Source: an uncultured virus (IMG/VR IMGVR_UViG_3300022555_000049)
Lineage: Duplodnaviria; Heunggongvirae; Uroviricota; Caudoviricetes
Length of the DNA stretch: 64,000 nt
Strand: one strand, 5' to 3'
IMG/VR virus record: IMGVR_UViG_3300022555_000049
The first letter of the stretch is position 1. Each line of letters begins with the position of its first letter. Below, one piece after another: positions 21,893-33,452 of the stretch. The translations under genes were made by a program, and so were the position numbers. Under the pieces are notes generated by a model. The model had not been told where the DNA came from. It worked only from the letters and a program-made list of their open reading frames with translations, and did not search any database.

Positions 21893-24193
21893 TTACAGTA
21901 CCATAACTTTTCTCAACACATTAATAAGACCTTCTTGGTAAAGTGAACCGCTATATGGAATATCAATATACTTTAAGACATCCTTATTTGCTTCTTTCAA
22001 CAATTCAATCTCATCAAGTAATACACCCATTTTTTTATGCTCAGGTAACAATTGAACGTCTCTCAGTTTAAAGAATTTTGATAAATCATTTGTATGATAG
22101 CGAAGACCATCTTCATTGCTCTTTGGAAGAGATTGGATAAACAATTTAACATTATTAATCCTATTGCCCCAAGTAGCATCAACCTTATGAAAATCACCAT
22201 TAGTATAAATGTTCCCAAAACCTTCCCAACGTTCTTTTAATTGATATGTTCTAAAATAATTCAAAACAACATCTTCTTTTCTGTAAAGCATTTTATTGTA
22301 GAAATCATTAACATGATAAGCGTTCTTACAATACTTCATGTACTTAACATTCACCTGTGAAAACATGATGAACATTATACTACCCTTACCGCTTTTTCTA
22401 TATGAATAGCCGTTAATAACCTTACCCTCATTGTTTGTTGTGGTTACCATCATGTTCTTATCAAACAATAATTCAAACATATTCTTTGCGGTAACCAACT
22501 TATCTTCATCATCAGTTGAACCATAGAAGATTGGAAAATCATATTTAAACAACTCATCCAATTTAATCCTTGACTTTGAATGACCATTAAAAAACTTTGC
22601 GGGGATGGTTAATTTACGCATTTCTTTGGTAATTGAAGCACCTCTACTTTTTCTCTCTGCAACAAAGTCCTCTGGAATTTCAAGATTATCATAACTAAGA
22701 GATTCAGCTTTAACAATCCCAAAATATTCATCTTGCATCAATATCAAGTCATGAACGTATTGAACTGGAACACCATTATCATCAACACTCTTATCAAGAT
22801 GTACATTGAACACTTCACAAATTTCACTGCGAAGCACATTAATGGTTAAATCTCTTTTGCTGATAATATGATAGTTTTCAAACTTGAAATTCAAATATCC
22901 TTGCTTAATAACTTTACGATCAAAATAATCATCAACATGCAATAGATTGTTATTCTTTTTCAATTCCTCATAACCACCTTCAAATTCCGTGCTATTGTAA
23001 CGACTTCTTGTTTTCTTCTTACCAAAAGTCTTAATATTAAAGAATAATTTGAACAATGTCTTATCACTAGGCATTTTCATGAAACTATACTTGAAATTCG
23101 AAAAATCAACATCTTTCTGCTTAATCAAGTTACCTACATATATTGAAACCCCATTGTCAAACTTTAACATTCCAAAGTTATTTTTAACATTAAAGTATTG
23201 CTCTAAGCTAACGATATCTTCGTATTGTTTAGCAATGAGTGCAATAATTTCATTCTTGGCTTCTTCCAATTTCTTCTTCAACATCTTAATGGTGCTTTCG
23301 CTATAATCTAAGCTCTCTCTTGATACAGTTACATCAATGTCACCTACTTCAAGCTTTAATGCAATTGGAAGCTTGTAATCGCCCATAGATAAGCCAAGTG
23401 CGGTATAATCCAATGGATATGCAACTCTACCCAAACAAACATGAATGTAGTCTGAATAATCCTTACCTCTGAAAAGAAAATTTTTACCTCTGATGATTTG
23501 ATAGTCATTTGTTAAAATTTCATTGTAACGAGATTCTTCTTCAAAACCTTCAAAGATTACATTCTCAAAATAATATAATTGACGAACCATTTCTTTTGCA
23601 AATGTATTCAAATCACCACTAAGTACTGGAATACGTACCTCAGTACCATTATGCTCAGTTGTTGGCTCACTATGCAATAATGAATATTTGGGTCGAAGAT
23701 TACTTCCCTCATAAATTTGGTAAACATATTTAATGTGATTAAAATTAGTGACAATAAAATATGAATTGTCATATTCGCCTTGTCCCAAACCAGTACTACG
23801 TTTATAAGCAAGAGGGGTCTTTGATCCCAACCCAAATGCACCAATTTGTTCATTATCATTACGTTTAGTACTACTAAACATAACAGAAAAAACATTCTTA
23901 ATTCTATCTGAAGACATGCCTATTCCATAATCAATAAACGAAATGTGATATGAATTAGTTTCCTTGTCATATGATTTACGAATAATAACAGGCGCATTTA
24001 CCTTTGCTTCAATATGTGAATCGAAGCAATTTGATGCGATTTCACGCACAACACTCCCAATGGGATTAGAATAAATTCCTTTGGAAAACATTTGAAAAAT
24101 AATTGACTGTGCGTCTTTATCAAGAGTAATATCATTTTCCTCAACGGTAGATAATACCTCAATGTCTGATAATGTGTTCGTGTTGTAGATCAT
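21893..24193 (-). CDS. rIIA: rIIA-like protein with N-terminal GHKL (HATPase) domain
   Basis: YSNPIGSVVREIASNCFDSH, DYGIGMS, STKR..QIGAFGLGSK, NGT, SRESLDY; upstream of rIIB. Confidence 0.88.
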   Translation of the reverse strand: MIYNTNTLSDIEVLSTVEENDITLDKDAQSIIFQMFSKGIYSNPIGSVVREIASNCFDSHIEAKVNAPVIIRKSYDKETNSYHISFIDYGIGMSSDRIKNVFSVMFSSTKRNDNEQIGAFGLGSKTPLAYKRSTGLGQGEYDNSYFIVTNFNHIKYVYQIYEGSNLRPKYSLLHSEPTTEHNGTEVRIPVLSGDLNTFAKEMVRQLYYFENVIFEGFEEESRYNEILTNDYQIIRGKNFLFRGKDYSDYIHVCLGRVAYPLDYTALGLSMGDYKLPIALKLEVGDIDVTVSRESLDYSESTIKMLKKKLEEAKNEIIALIAKQYEDIVSLEQYFNVKNNFGMLKFDNGVSIYVGNLIKQKDVDFSNFKYSFMKMPSDKTLFKLFFNIKTFGKKKTRSRYNSTEFEGGYEELKKNNNLLHVDDYFDRKVIKQGYLNFKFENYHIISKRDLTINVLRSEICEVFNVHLDKSVDDNGVPVQYVHDLILMQDEYFGIVKAESLSYDNLEIPEDFVAERKSRGASITKEMRKLTIPAKFFNGHSKSRIKLDELFKYDFPIFYGSTDDEDKLVTAKNMFELLFDKNMMVTTTNNEGKVINGYSYRKSGKGSIMFIMFSQVNVKYMKYCKNAYHVNDFYNKMLYRKEDVVLNYFRTYQLKERWEGFGNIYTNGDFHKVDATWGNRINNVKLFIQSLPKSNEDGLRYHTNDLSKFFKLRDVQLLPEHKKMGVLLDEIELLKEANKDVLKYIDIPYSGSLYQEGLINVLRKVMVL

Positions 24194-24266
24194 TTTATTG
24201 AATTAAGAGATTATTAAACATTTCACTAATATCAATTATACGATACAAAATATAAAAGGTTACAAT

Positions 24267-25478
24267 TTAATTAAGGTTTCCTTGTAATATTTCCTCAATT
24301 TCTTTAACATCTAAAAAACTAAGCGCCATTTTATCTTTTTTTCTTTTAAAAAAATAAGTTGCTTTATTATATAATTTTTCGTATATGTCTTTTAAATCAT
24401 CCTTATTGTTAACAGTTAAACTATATGAATCTTTGAAATTAGCAACATGTTCTTTAACCATTAAAGATTTGGCTTCAATTAAATTAATGTCAAACGATTT
24501 AATGTTTAAAACAAGAGCAATTTTCTCTAAAATTGATTTATTGTACGCTGTAATATTAAATTCTCTGTTATAACCAGATAATCTATTTCCTACTCTACGT
24601 ACTTGTAAAACACAACTTCCATCACCATCAAAATATCCTCTAATAAAATGATACATTAAATCTATGGGCAGATCGGGTATGTTTTTAGTTGTATATGTTT
24701 TATTGTTATCGTATCCTAATTTTAACAAATCTTCACCAATCTTTTTAGATGTAATTGCTATTGATGCCAAATTTTTCTTACAAGAAATTACACTATCTTT
24801 AGATATGTGTTTTAAATATAATTTAAGTATGTGCGAATCATTTAATTGTACACCGACTCTTAACGAATAAGAACAATAATCAGTTCTTTTTTCAATATGT
24901 CCATCAGCAGCAAAAAATCCCAATAAATATGCTTTAATTTCAGAATCAATATTTTCGAAAAAATTTTCATTGTGACATAGTTGCCTCGCTTCTGAGAATG
25001 ATTTAACTTTAAATCCAAGTCTTTTGATGTAATTTACAAATCTTGTGGGATGTTCTATTTTATAGTCCTCTACAATTTTTTTAATTGAACCATTTTTCTC
25101 TCCTATATATGCTTGGTATGCTTCATAATAAAAATCTTTTTCAGATTCAGAATACCTTTCGAAATAATCTCTTGGATTTATATTATGAACCATTTTTAAA
25201 CGTTTAGATACTATTTCTGGCGATCTTTTAAACCTTTTCCCAATGTCTTTACATGACATTCCATTAATATATGAATCATGCCATAAATTTATTTCATCTT
25301 CCAAGATTTCGGGTCTTCCATGTAGGTTCAAATAATTAATAAGATTATTCTCATCAATCAAATTACGACCATGATCATCTTTTTTTGTTACAATAATATT
25401 ACTTCTTAATATCGCACTATAAATTAATCTTTCGGTACAATTGAATTTTATTGCCAAATCTTTTATTGTATATAACAT
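24267..25478 (-). CDS. double-motif LAGLIDADG homing endonuclease
   Basis: KAYLLGFFAADG and HFIRGYFDGDG motifs; N-terminal HTH-like segments. Confidence 0.88.
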   Translation of the reverse strand: MLYTIKDLAIKFNCTERLIYSAILRSNIIVTKKDDHGRNLIDENNLINYLNLHGRPEILEDEINLWHDSYINGMSCKDIGKRFKRSPEIVSKRLKMVHNINPRDYFERYSESEKDFYYEAYQAYIGEKNGSIKKIVEDYKIEHPTRFVNYIKRLGFKVKSFSEARQLCHNENFFENIDSEIKAYLLGFFAADGHIEKRTDYCSYSLRVGVQLNDSHILKLYLKHISKDSVISCKKNLASIAITSKKIGEDLLKLGYDNNKTYTTKNIPDLPIDLMYHFIRGYFDGDGSCVLQVRRVGNRLSGYNREFNITAYNKSILEKIALVLNIKSFDINLIEAKSLMVKEHVANFKDSYSLTVNNKDDLKDIYEKLYNKATYFFKRKKDKMALSFLDVKEIEEILQGNLN

Positions 25479-25590
25479 GTTTAATATTTTTCACAAAAAT
25501 AAAAAAAAGATGATATTCTTAATATGTATTTCATGACAATTATACGTAAATAATTATTGAAATGTTACAAATAATTACAACCTTTTCTAT

Positions 25591-26583
25591 TTAAATTTGA
25601 ACCATTGGATCAGTATTATTTTTAAATAAGAAAACTGAATTACCCACATCAGGAACACCATATATTTCACCTATTTTTTGGAAAAACATAATTTCTTTAT
25701 GTAAAGCAGGGGTTCTCATAAACATAGCACCAGTTTTATTCCAAACATTATGAACACCACCACCTGCAAAATGGGAAAATGTAAATCCTAATGAATCCAT
25801 TGAGTCATTCTGATGGTGAGCATCGTCAACATAATACAATATTGTATCAAACGTATGACCAAAATTCTGAACAAAGAACTTCATTAATTTAGTCATTCCA
25901 CCAACAACTAACGTATGTGGTTTACCTGCCGACCTAATACATTCAACACAATTTTCACCATACTTTCCCTTTCCATAATAAGGATGTCCAAAACTCATTG
26001 CTTGTAAGATTTCACCAGTTTTTTTATCTTTTAAACAAACAGCAATTGAAGCACTTCTGAAACCATAAAAAGAAGAAGCATTAAAAAAATCTTTTAAATC
26101 TGAATTGTTAACAATTTCACATACAGTATTTCTAGCGAAAAATCTGTTCTTAGTCATGTTAAGCGAATGCAATACCATTGACTTCAATACGTTTTGTTTG
26201 TTTAAATTCTCCCACTCAAATTTCTTGATCCATACAACTCTGTAACCTTTTTCCACAAAAGAAAAATGTATTTTTTCGGCAGTTCCTTTAATTATGTTTT
26301 TCTTATTCCAAATAACATAATTATCCACCAATAAAATCACTAGTCTTTTATCAATGGTAATTATGTTAATTGATTGTTCAACATCATTCTTATTTAAAAA
26401 AGTCTTAACACCTTCCTCAAGCACTATATTTTCTGCACTAAGAAAATGTAGAACCTCTTCCTTTAAATTATTAACCAACTTATATTTATTGGTCTTTTTA
26501 TTTAAAAGAGTGTTTACCTTTTCTAAACTTAGAACATCTGGCAATGAACCGTAAGTAAGTTCAATTTCTTCTTTTGTTTGCAT
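25591..26583 (-). CDS. putative Hef-like homing endonuclease
   Basis: GYRVVWI..EW, FARNTVCEI, MSFG, VVGGMTKL, YVD, LGF motifs seen in phage Hef-like nucleases. Confidence 0.55.
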   Translation of the reverse strand: MQTKEEIELTYGSLPDVLSLEKVNTLLNKKTNKYKLVNNLKEEVLHFLSAENIVLEEGVKTFLNKNDVEQSINIITIDKRLVILLVDNYVIWNKKNIIKGTAEKIHFSFVEKGYRVVWIKKFEWENLNKQNVLKSMVLHSLNMTKNRFFARNTVCEIVNNSDLKDFFNASSFYGFRSASIAVCLKDKKTGEILQAMSFGHPYYGKGKYGENCVECIRSAGKPHTLVVGGMTKLMKFFVQNFGHTFDTILYYVDDAHHQNDSMDSLGFTFSHFAGGGVHNVWNKTGAMFMRTPALHKEIMFFQKIGEIYGVPDVGNSVFLFKNNTDPMVQI

Positions 26584-26586
26584 AAA

Positions 26587-28524
26587 TTACTGAACTTTTA
26601 AACCATATCCCTTTAGAATCTCAATGGCTGTTTTAACGTCAATATCTTCATTAACATTAACGTCTTTTGCGTTGACACATTTTGAGCAAATAAGTTTATC
26701 TTTTCTCTTCATTGCCCATCCAATAGTGGTTGTGAATGCTTTACCACATCCATTACAAACAACGCTAATTTTGGTTTTTTCTACCTCTGCTTTCATGATA
26801 ATTATTATTAAATTTATAGATTATATATTTTACGTAAATATAATGAAAATGTTACAACTTTTATAATTTAATATTTAAAATTGTTGCATATTTTTTCACG
26901 TTTTTATTAAGAAACCTAATTGGTATTCCCTTAGACTTTTCATAAGGAATTTTTATTCCTTTAAATTGATCGGAAGTCAAATCCAATATTTCTTTGCTTT
27001 CTTTATTTAAAAGAAAATAATGTGTACCATTTTCCTTTACGAATGATTCATCTGTTATTGTCTTGAACATCCATTTTTTTGATTTCCCATCTGCATGATA
27101 AATTAGTAATGAAACCAAATAACAAAAGCCAGTTGTTTCCATATCAGAAATTTTATTATCCAAATAAAATTTATCAACAGTATTGCCTTCGATATCTTTA
27201 TAAATTAATAATTTTTTTACGTTTTCGTTTGAAAGCGATTCAATTATTTTATATTTTAACTCATTTAAATTATTTTCCATAGCACAAAGATAATAAATGT
27301 TACGGCAATTCCAAACTTTTAATTAAATAAGTTTTAATGTTTCTTCAATAGCTTTATCTAAAGCTTCACTATATGAAGGATAAAATGTTTTAATAAACAT
27401 AGAATTGCATTCCAAATCAGAATCTTCAATCCCATTGTCAACGTAAACACACCATCCATCAAAAGTTCTTGGTTTATTATCAATATAACAATATAATCTT
27501 GAAATATGAATATGAATGTCATGTTTTTCTCTTAGCCAATCGGTAACTTGTTGAAACGTAGGAACAGACACCAAAGGTTGATTTATCTTCTTATCCATCT
27601 TAACGTTTCGTTTAAGTTTAGAATTAATAGACTTGTACCTAAGTAAAAAACGTCCATTATCGTAAATAGCAAAACACGGTTCGTTAAACCCTTTTTCTTT
27701 TAGCCTTACAGCTAATTCATAACTTACAAATAATTTTTTCATAATCAATAATTATTTTAATTAAAATTCGTTTTGTTTGTTATACCATTTAATAAATTGA
27801 ACAACTACATGCCATGCAGATTCTAATTTAGTGTTGAAGCATATTTTTTCTGGTGAAGTATGGTAACACCCTGCAATACAGTAGAAATCTTTACGTCTGA
27901 ATATACAATGATGAGAATTTATTTCAAAACGTGGTAGTGTATATTCGTCTTCATATAAATGTTCTATCTTATCTATAACTGGCATTAAATTATTCCATGA
28001 AGCATGAAAACTTAATTCAAATTCACCACTCAATGTTGGAAGCATTAAATACTTTTTATCATCTCGGTATGAATACCAATCTTCATTTTCTTGAAACCAC
28101 CCTAGAAATTTTGCAATTAAAATATTGTCCCCATAAATTTCTTCACAATTAAATATTTTCAGCATTTTCAATTATTTTCTTTGTTATACAATTTAATAAA
28201 TTGAACAACTGCCAACCAAATTGCAGTTTTTGGATCAGGATGAGATACCTCAACATTTTCGCCTATTGTCACATAAGTTTCTTTTACATTGGGTAATCCT
28301 TCGTAAAATTCAACACAAACCTCATGACCTTCTCTAATCACAATTCCCTGTATCTTCTCAACAACTGGCATTAAACAATCCCATGAAGAATGATACATTA
28401 AAGTATTCTCACGTGGTATGTTACGACCATTAGAAGCATCAATAATAACTTGATTTCTCCAATTCCCATCGTTTAAATTAATGAAGTCTGCAATAAGAAT
28501 ATTACCAACAAATACTTCCTTCAT
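26587..28524 (-). CDS. hypothetical genes (26587-26796 Zn-ribbon, 26861-27280, 27323-27748, 27761-28171, 28168-28524)
   Basis: ORF track; the last two are paralogs (NILIAxF, HxSWxxLMPVxxKI, WxxVVQFIKxYNK). Confidence 0.72.
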
Positions 28525-28726
28525 AATACTTAGTTTTATTACTTATACGAATAACAATTGTTAATGTTACAGATTTTTAAATCTTTCATCCATAAAACCA
28601 TAATATTTTTCATCAAGTCTCCTACGTAACAAACGCCCATCAATATCTTTCATCTTCCTATTTTATTCATTATACGCAACAAAGTTAAAAAAGGTTACAA
28701 ATAATTATAACCTTTTTTAATTAAAA

Positions 28727-29361
28727 TTAATCCTGAACCTTCTTCCACAATTTTTGCAATGGATCATATCTTTGTTGAATACCAACAAAATACTTCCCCT
28801 TTGGAAGTACTGAACTCCTATGGTCTTTCATCGGAAGTTCAATATTCTTATTCAATGAATTCTCATTAATGTTCTGTTTGAACGTATGGTTGATTCTGCA
28901 ATCATCCAAAACATCTACACAAAATCCATCTTCTAATGAATACAAGTCATACTTACCACACAAAGCGTGTACACTTCCACTTTGCTCAGAAGCAGCAATA
29001 AACATTTTCTCAACCCTTTTTGCTTCTTTAGGGATTTCATTAATTGTAAACCATTGGGTATCCATTATATTCTAATTAGTTCGTTACGCTAACTACGTTC
29101 TCTTATGAACTGCTTATAATTTCTTATAAGATTTGACTATATCTTTAACTCATTTCTAAGTTATCCCCCATTTCCACTCACTTGAGTGTACTGATGTCAC
29201 CATCATAGTCGATGAACCTTCTTGAATAATCAAGCTTGGCTGCTGATTGTCTTTAACTTAATAGTAAGAGTTTCCAGCAATTAAAGGGATTATCATCATC
29301 ACATTACTGTAATGAGGAGCAATTATTTACCCTGATGTCCAACCTGTTCTAAAACTTTCAT
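28727..29361 (-). CDS. intron-split hypothetical protein (exon 1 29361-29329, exon 2 29062-28727; 122 aa, GHQGD motif)
   Basis: joining the exons gives MKVLEQVGHQG-DTQWF in frame; resembles QGD-motif partners of DUF6745-like genes. Confidence 0.8.
29063..29328 (-). ncRNA. group I intron (266 nt, no homing endonuclease ORF)
   Basis: 5' exon ends in U with P1 GGGU/GCUC; core P TTGCTGGAAAC, Q AATCAGCAG, R GTTCATCGACTA, S AAGATATAGTC; ends in omega-G. Confidence 0.88.
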
Positions 29362-29546
29362 AATTTTTAAATTTAAATTGTTAATTATTTTTTACTATAT
29401 TGATTAATCCCTGTTGGATTAATATTCTTTGGTTTTAATCCAGTACTAACGGCATGATAATGATTTTCTTTAGCCGTTACCCATTCTAAATTGTTAATTA
29501 TTATACGTTACAAAGATAATTAAAGTTACAACAATTGCAAACATTT

Positions 29547-31451
29547 TTAATTATTAAATTGTGTAAAATTATATTCTAATTCTTTTGGTATTTGTGAAGG
29601 TCTATGAAACTTTGCACATTCATCTACCTTCTTAAATGTTGGTAAAGTATCTAACATATAAACAGTTCCAGTTGATGGACATGTTATCTCATACCAAGAC
29701 ATGTATTCCCCTTGCTCTCCCTTATCATTAACTAAACAATTAATAACGTTTTTTGTTCTCCATAACTTTTGAGTTTCTTTATGACCTGATAAATGATTAA
29801 ATACTTTAGTATCAATTACTTCAGCATTTAAAAATTTCACCAATTCTTCATTACCAAAATTTTCTTTAATAATGGCAATTACTCCACCCTTGATATCTTC
29901 ATTATTCTCTAAACAAAATTCCTCAAAAGTATATTTCTTATTTAAAACACTATTAAACAATTCAGTCGGTATATTTCTTCCGTTAATATAATATGAATTA
30001 AAGTTAGTTAATTCTGATGAATATCCCCAATCAATAGCAATCCCCGATGTTGAATGTAAATCATTATTCAAGTTTCTATTAACTTTCTTTGGGTATTTTG
30101 AGACTATACATACCATTTCAGAGAAAATTGCAGAATAAATTCCCGATTCTCTTTGCAATAAAAAACATTCTTCAAAATCATTTTCAATTGTTAATGGTAG
30201 ATTAAATTCATCTTTTATAAATTTAAACCAAGTATAATAGCTATTAGAATAAACATTTAGTGTAAATAAATATGAATTATTATAGGTTTTCAACTGACTA
30301 TCCAACTGACTATTCAACTGACTTCTCAACTGACTTCTCAACTGACTATCCAACTGATTATTTAACTGATTCCACAACTGACTATTCAACTGACTATCCA
30401 ACTGACTATTCAACTGACTATTCAACTGATTATCCAACTGACTTCTCAACTGACTATCCAACTGACTATTCAACTGATTCCACAACTGACTATACAACTG
30501 ACTATACAACTGACTATCCAACTGATTATCCAACTGATTATCCAACTGATTCCACAACTGACTTCTCAACTGATTCCACAACTGACTATACAACTGACTA
30601 TTCAACTGACTATTCAACTGACTATTCAACTGATTATCCAACTGACTTCTCAACTGACTATCCAACTGACTATTCAACTGATTCCACAACTGACTATACA
30701 ACTGACTTCTCAACTGACTATCCAACTGATTATCCAACTGATTATCCAACTGATTCCACTGATTATTCAACTGACTTCTCAACTGACTATTCAACTGACT
30801 ATTCAACTGACTATTCAACTGATTATCCAACTGACTTCTCAACTGACTATCCAACTGACTTCTCAACTGACTATTCAACTGATTATCCAACTGACTTCTC
30901 AACTGACTATTCAACTGATTATCCAACTGACTATTCAACTGACTATCCAACTGACTATTCAACTGATTATTCAACTGACTTCTCAACTGACTATCCAACT
31001 GACTATTCAACTGACTATACAACTGACTATCCAACTGACTTCTCAACTGACTATTCAACTGACTATTCAACTGATTATCCAACTGACTTCTCAACTGACT
31101 ATCCAACTGACTTCTCAACTGACTATTCAACTGACTATTTATAACAAAATTTTCATCAAATTGTTTATTTTCATTATTTTTAAAATTATACAATAGACCC
31201 AATAATGGATGAAAGTTTTTATTTGCTTTTAAATAGTTAAAATAAATTTGTGCTTCATAAATATTTTCAGCAACGATAATAATTGGTTTTTTCTTTCCAC
31301 ATTTTTCATAATTCCAGTTAACAGCTTTTTCGGCTTTTTCAAAAGAAAAGTTATTATATCTTTCGCCATCAAAAACGCCAGTTAAAGCGTTATTAATATA
31401 TTCAGGAATTTTAGTTTTAATTTCGGGAGTAAAATCTTTTAATGTTTTCAT
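29547..31451 (-). CDS. DUF6745-like protein with a long (S/N)QL(D/N/R/Y/W) tetrapeptide repeat
   Basis: about 70 12-bp units; C-terminal LH..GIAIDW..YYINGR and CPSTGTVY motifs. Confidence 0.75.
   Translation of the reverse strand: MKTLKDFTPEIKTKIPEYINNALTGVFDGERYNNFSFEKAEKAVNWNYEKCGKKKPIIIVAENIYEAQIYFNYLKANKNFHPLLGLLYNFKNNENKQFDENFVINSQLNSQLRSQLDSQLRSQLDNQLNSQLNSQLRSQLDSQLYSQLNSQLDSQLRSQLNNQLNSQLDSQLNSQLDNQLNSQLRSQLDNQLNSQLRSQLDSQLRSQLDNQLNSQLNSQLNSQLRSQLNNQWNQLDNQLDNQLDSQLRSQLYSQLWNQLNSQLDSQLRSQLDNQLNSQLNSQLNSQLYSQLWNQLRSQLWNQLDNQLDNQLDSQLYSQLYSQLWNQLNSQLDSQLRSQLDNQLNSQLNSQLDSQLNSQLWNQLNNQLDSQLRSQLRSQLNSQLDSQLKTYNNSYLFTLNVYSNSYYTWFKFIKDEFNLPLTIENDFEECFLLQRESGIYSAIFSEMVCIVSKYPKKVNRNLNNDLHSTSGIAIDWGYSSELTNFNSYYINGRNIPTELFNSVLNKKYTFEEFCLENNEDIKGGVIAIIKENFGNEELVKFLNAEVIDTKVFNHLSGHKETQKLWRTKNVINCLVNDKGEQGEYMSWYEITCPSTGTVYMLDTLPTFKKVDECAKFHRPSQIPKELEYNFTQFNN
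30290..31140. repeat. coding 12-bp tandem repeat (CAACTGA(C/T)T-NNN)
   Basis: direct inspection. Confidence 0.95.
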
Positions 31452-31687
31452 TTTATTTGATTTAATGAATTATATGTAATTATACGTAAATAAAAGAAAA
31501 AGGTTACAATTTAATTATAATATATTTATTAACCACTCATCATATATCATTTCACCAATCATGAACTTTAATTGAAGATTTTGATAATATAGATTAACGC
31601 ATCTTTCTCTAAGTTCTTCTTTAATTACATTCATCTTAAACTCTTCTCTTTTCTTTTGCAATTCGTTCATAACAATTAAATCTTAAT

Positions 31688-31909
31688 TTAAAATATTAAA
31701 TATGTAATTAATTCAAATATATGGTAAAACATTAAAGTTAAAATAATTTCAATGATTAAAACTATGAATCCTACAAACCACAATATAACCCTATGAATTG
31801 AAGATGTTCTTGCTTCCCACCCTATACGATAATATTTGCTTATAAGCCACCCAACCAAATAGGGAGGAATTATAAGAAATAACGTAAAATAAAAAACTAA
31901 TAATACCAT
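31688..31909 (-). CDS. small membrane protein
   Basis: two hydrophobic segments. Confidence 0.55.
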   Translation of the reverse strand: MVLLVFYFTLFLIIPPYLVGWLISKYYRIGWEARTSSIHRVILWFVGFIVLIIEIILTLMFYHIFELITYLIF

Positions 31910-32022
31910 TCAAAATTTAATTTAAAGTATCTTTCACCACCGAAAACACCTTCTAATGCATTGTTAATATATTCAGGAATTTTAGCTTTAATTTCGGGAG
32001 TAAAATCTTTTAATGTTTTCAT
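31897..32022 (-). pseudogene. truncated duplicate of the N-terminus of 29547-31451
   Basis: MKTLKDFTPEIKAKIPEYINNALEGVFGGERY then stop after 41 aa. Confidence 0.75.
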
Positions 32023-32503
32023 TTCATTTGTTTTAATTCGTTAAGTAATTCTAAACCTTCGACCAATCCATCTTCTAATGCTTCTTCGTAAGTATTATAT
32101 TGCCTACCACTTTTACCATTATCTTATTTTATAACTTTTATTTCCGCAATGCTATGTAATGGCAATATAGTTACAGTATCATTAGCCATGACTATAAACA
32201 CACAATTCTCTCTAACATCATAACTAGTAACATGCGTGTATTCTGTTGTTGTAGGTGTTGCATCATCTGTAACTCTAATCGTTAAATAAGTCATAATATT
32301 TTAATTTAAATGTTTGCAACAGTAACTCCATCAACCTTTTCTTCAATATTAGAATATGGAAATGATGGCTTGAAATGCTCAATCATTAGATTCCTGTATA
32401 TCTCCTCGTTTGTCTTCATTATGTTTGTTTTATTATATGTATTATCACTTATACGTAATAGTAATGTTTAATGTTACAAATATAATTAATTATTCACTAA
32501 TAA

Positions 32504-33361
32504 TTATTCACTAATTCTTTTCGTCACATCTTTAATCTGTACCAACACATTTATGCAATATGGAAACACTCCTAAAGAATACACAAATCTATTAATATAT
32601 CCATAAAATGACATTGCATCACCCATACTGCATTTTGATGTCGAAATATAATAAATCATTGTGCTTATCATAAATAATAATGCCAATGAATCAAACGTTG
32701 CAAAATTCTTTGCACTAAGTGTTGAATCCATTATTAATATCCTTCTCCTTCTTATAAAATAATCGTTAATTATTGAAACATCTTTCGTCTGAATCTTATT
32801 AACATGTAATTCACTATTCGAATTATTTACATTGGTCATCTTCTTATATTTAAAATAAAAAAATCTCGTAATAAAATAAATGGGAATTAACATTAATCCA
32901 ACAATTACTGCCGAAGACTTATTAATTAAAAATATCGCAATAAGAGAACCAAACGTAGAATAAATTATTGTTATATACATCGGTATCGAATTCTCAAGAA
33001 AATCCGTTATAACCCTCGACATCTCAGTTCTAGCTATAATAATCGATGTGTCTGATGTACTGATGTTATTTGTAATATATCTTAATATAAGCTCATTATA
33101 TAACCCAGAAAATACCTTCGTGTCTAAAACCCTCCTGATATAACCAAACCCAACAAAAAATATATTAATGACTATAAAGATAGTCACCCAATAATAAGAC
33201 TTAATTATTATACCATCTATCATCTTACCCAAAACATATGGCTCAACTAACCAAAGAGAATTCGCAACTATAGATATTAAATATACTAATAATATTCTTA
33301 ACTTATGCCTTCCAAATATCTCAATGATTAATTTCATAAAATAACTATTAATTAATAACAA
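32504..33361 (-). CDS. stand-alone ABC transporter six-transmembrane domain protein
   Basis: PYVLGKMIDG, RRVLDTKVFS, IIAR..M.R..DFLE; six hydrophobic segments, no ATPase domain. Confidence 0.7.
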   Translation of the reverse strand: MLLINSYFMKLIIEIFGRHKLRILLVYLISIVANSLWLVEPYVLGKMIDGIIIKSYYWVTIFIVINIFFVGFGYIRRVLDTKVFSGLYNELILRYITNNISTSDTSIIIARTEMSRVITDFLENSIPMYITIIYSTFGSLIAIFLINKSSAVIVGLMLIPIYFITRFFYFKYKKMTNVNNSNSELHVNKIQTKDVSIINDYFIRRRRILIMDSTLSAKNFATFDSLALLFMISTMIYYISTSKCSMGDAMSFYGYINRFVYSLGVFPYCINVLVQIKDVTKRISE

Positions 33362-33452
33362 ATATCAACCATTAACAAATATTAACTATTAATAACTATT
33401 ACTTTTGACCAAATTTTAATTTAAGTTTTTCATACTGATCCAACTCCATCTG

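Noticed and set aside
30272..31144. Plus-strand 290-aa TDYS-repeat ORF, or a CRISPR array
   Set aside because: Antisense shadow of the 12-bp coding repeat; no unique spacers
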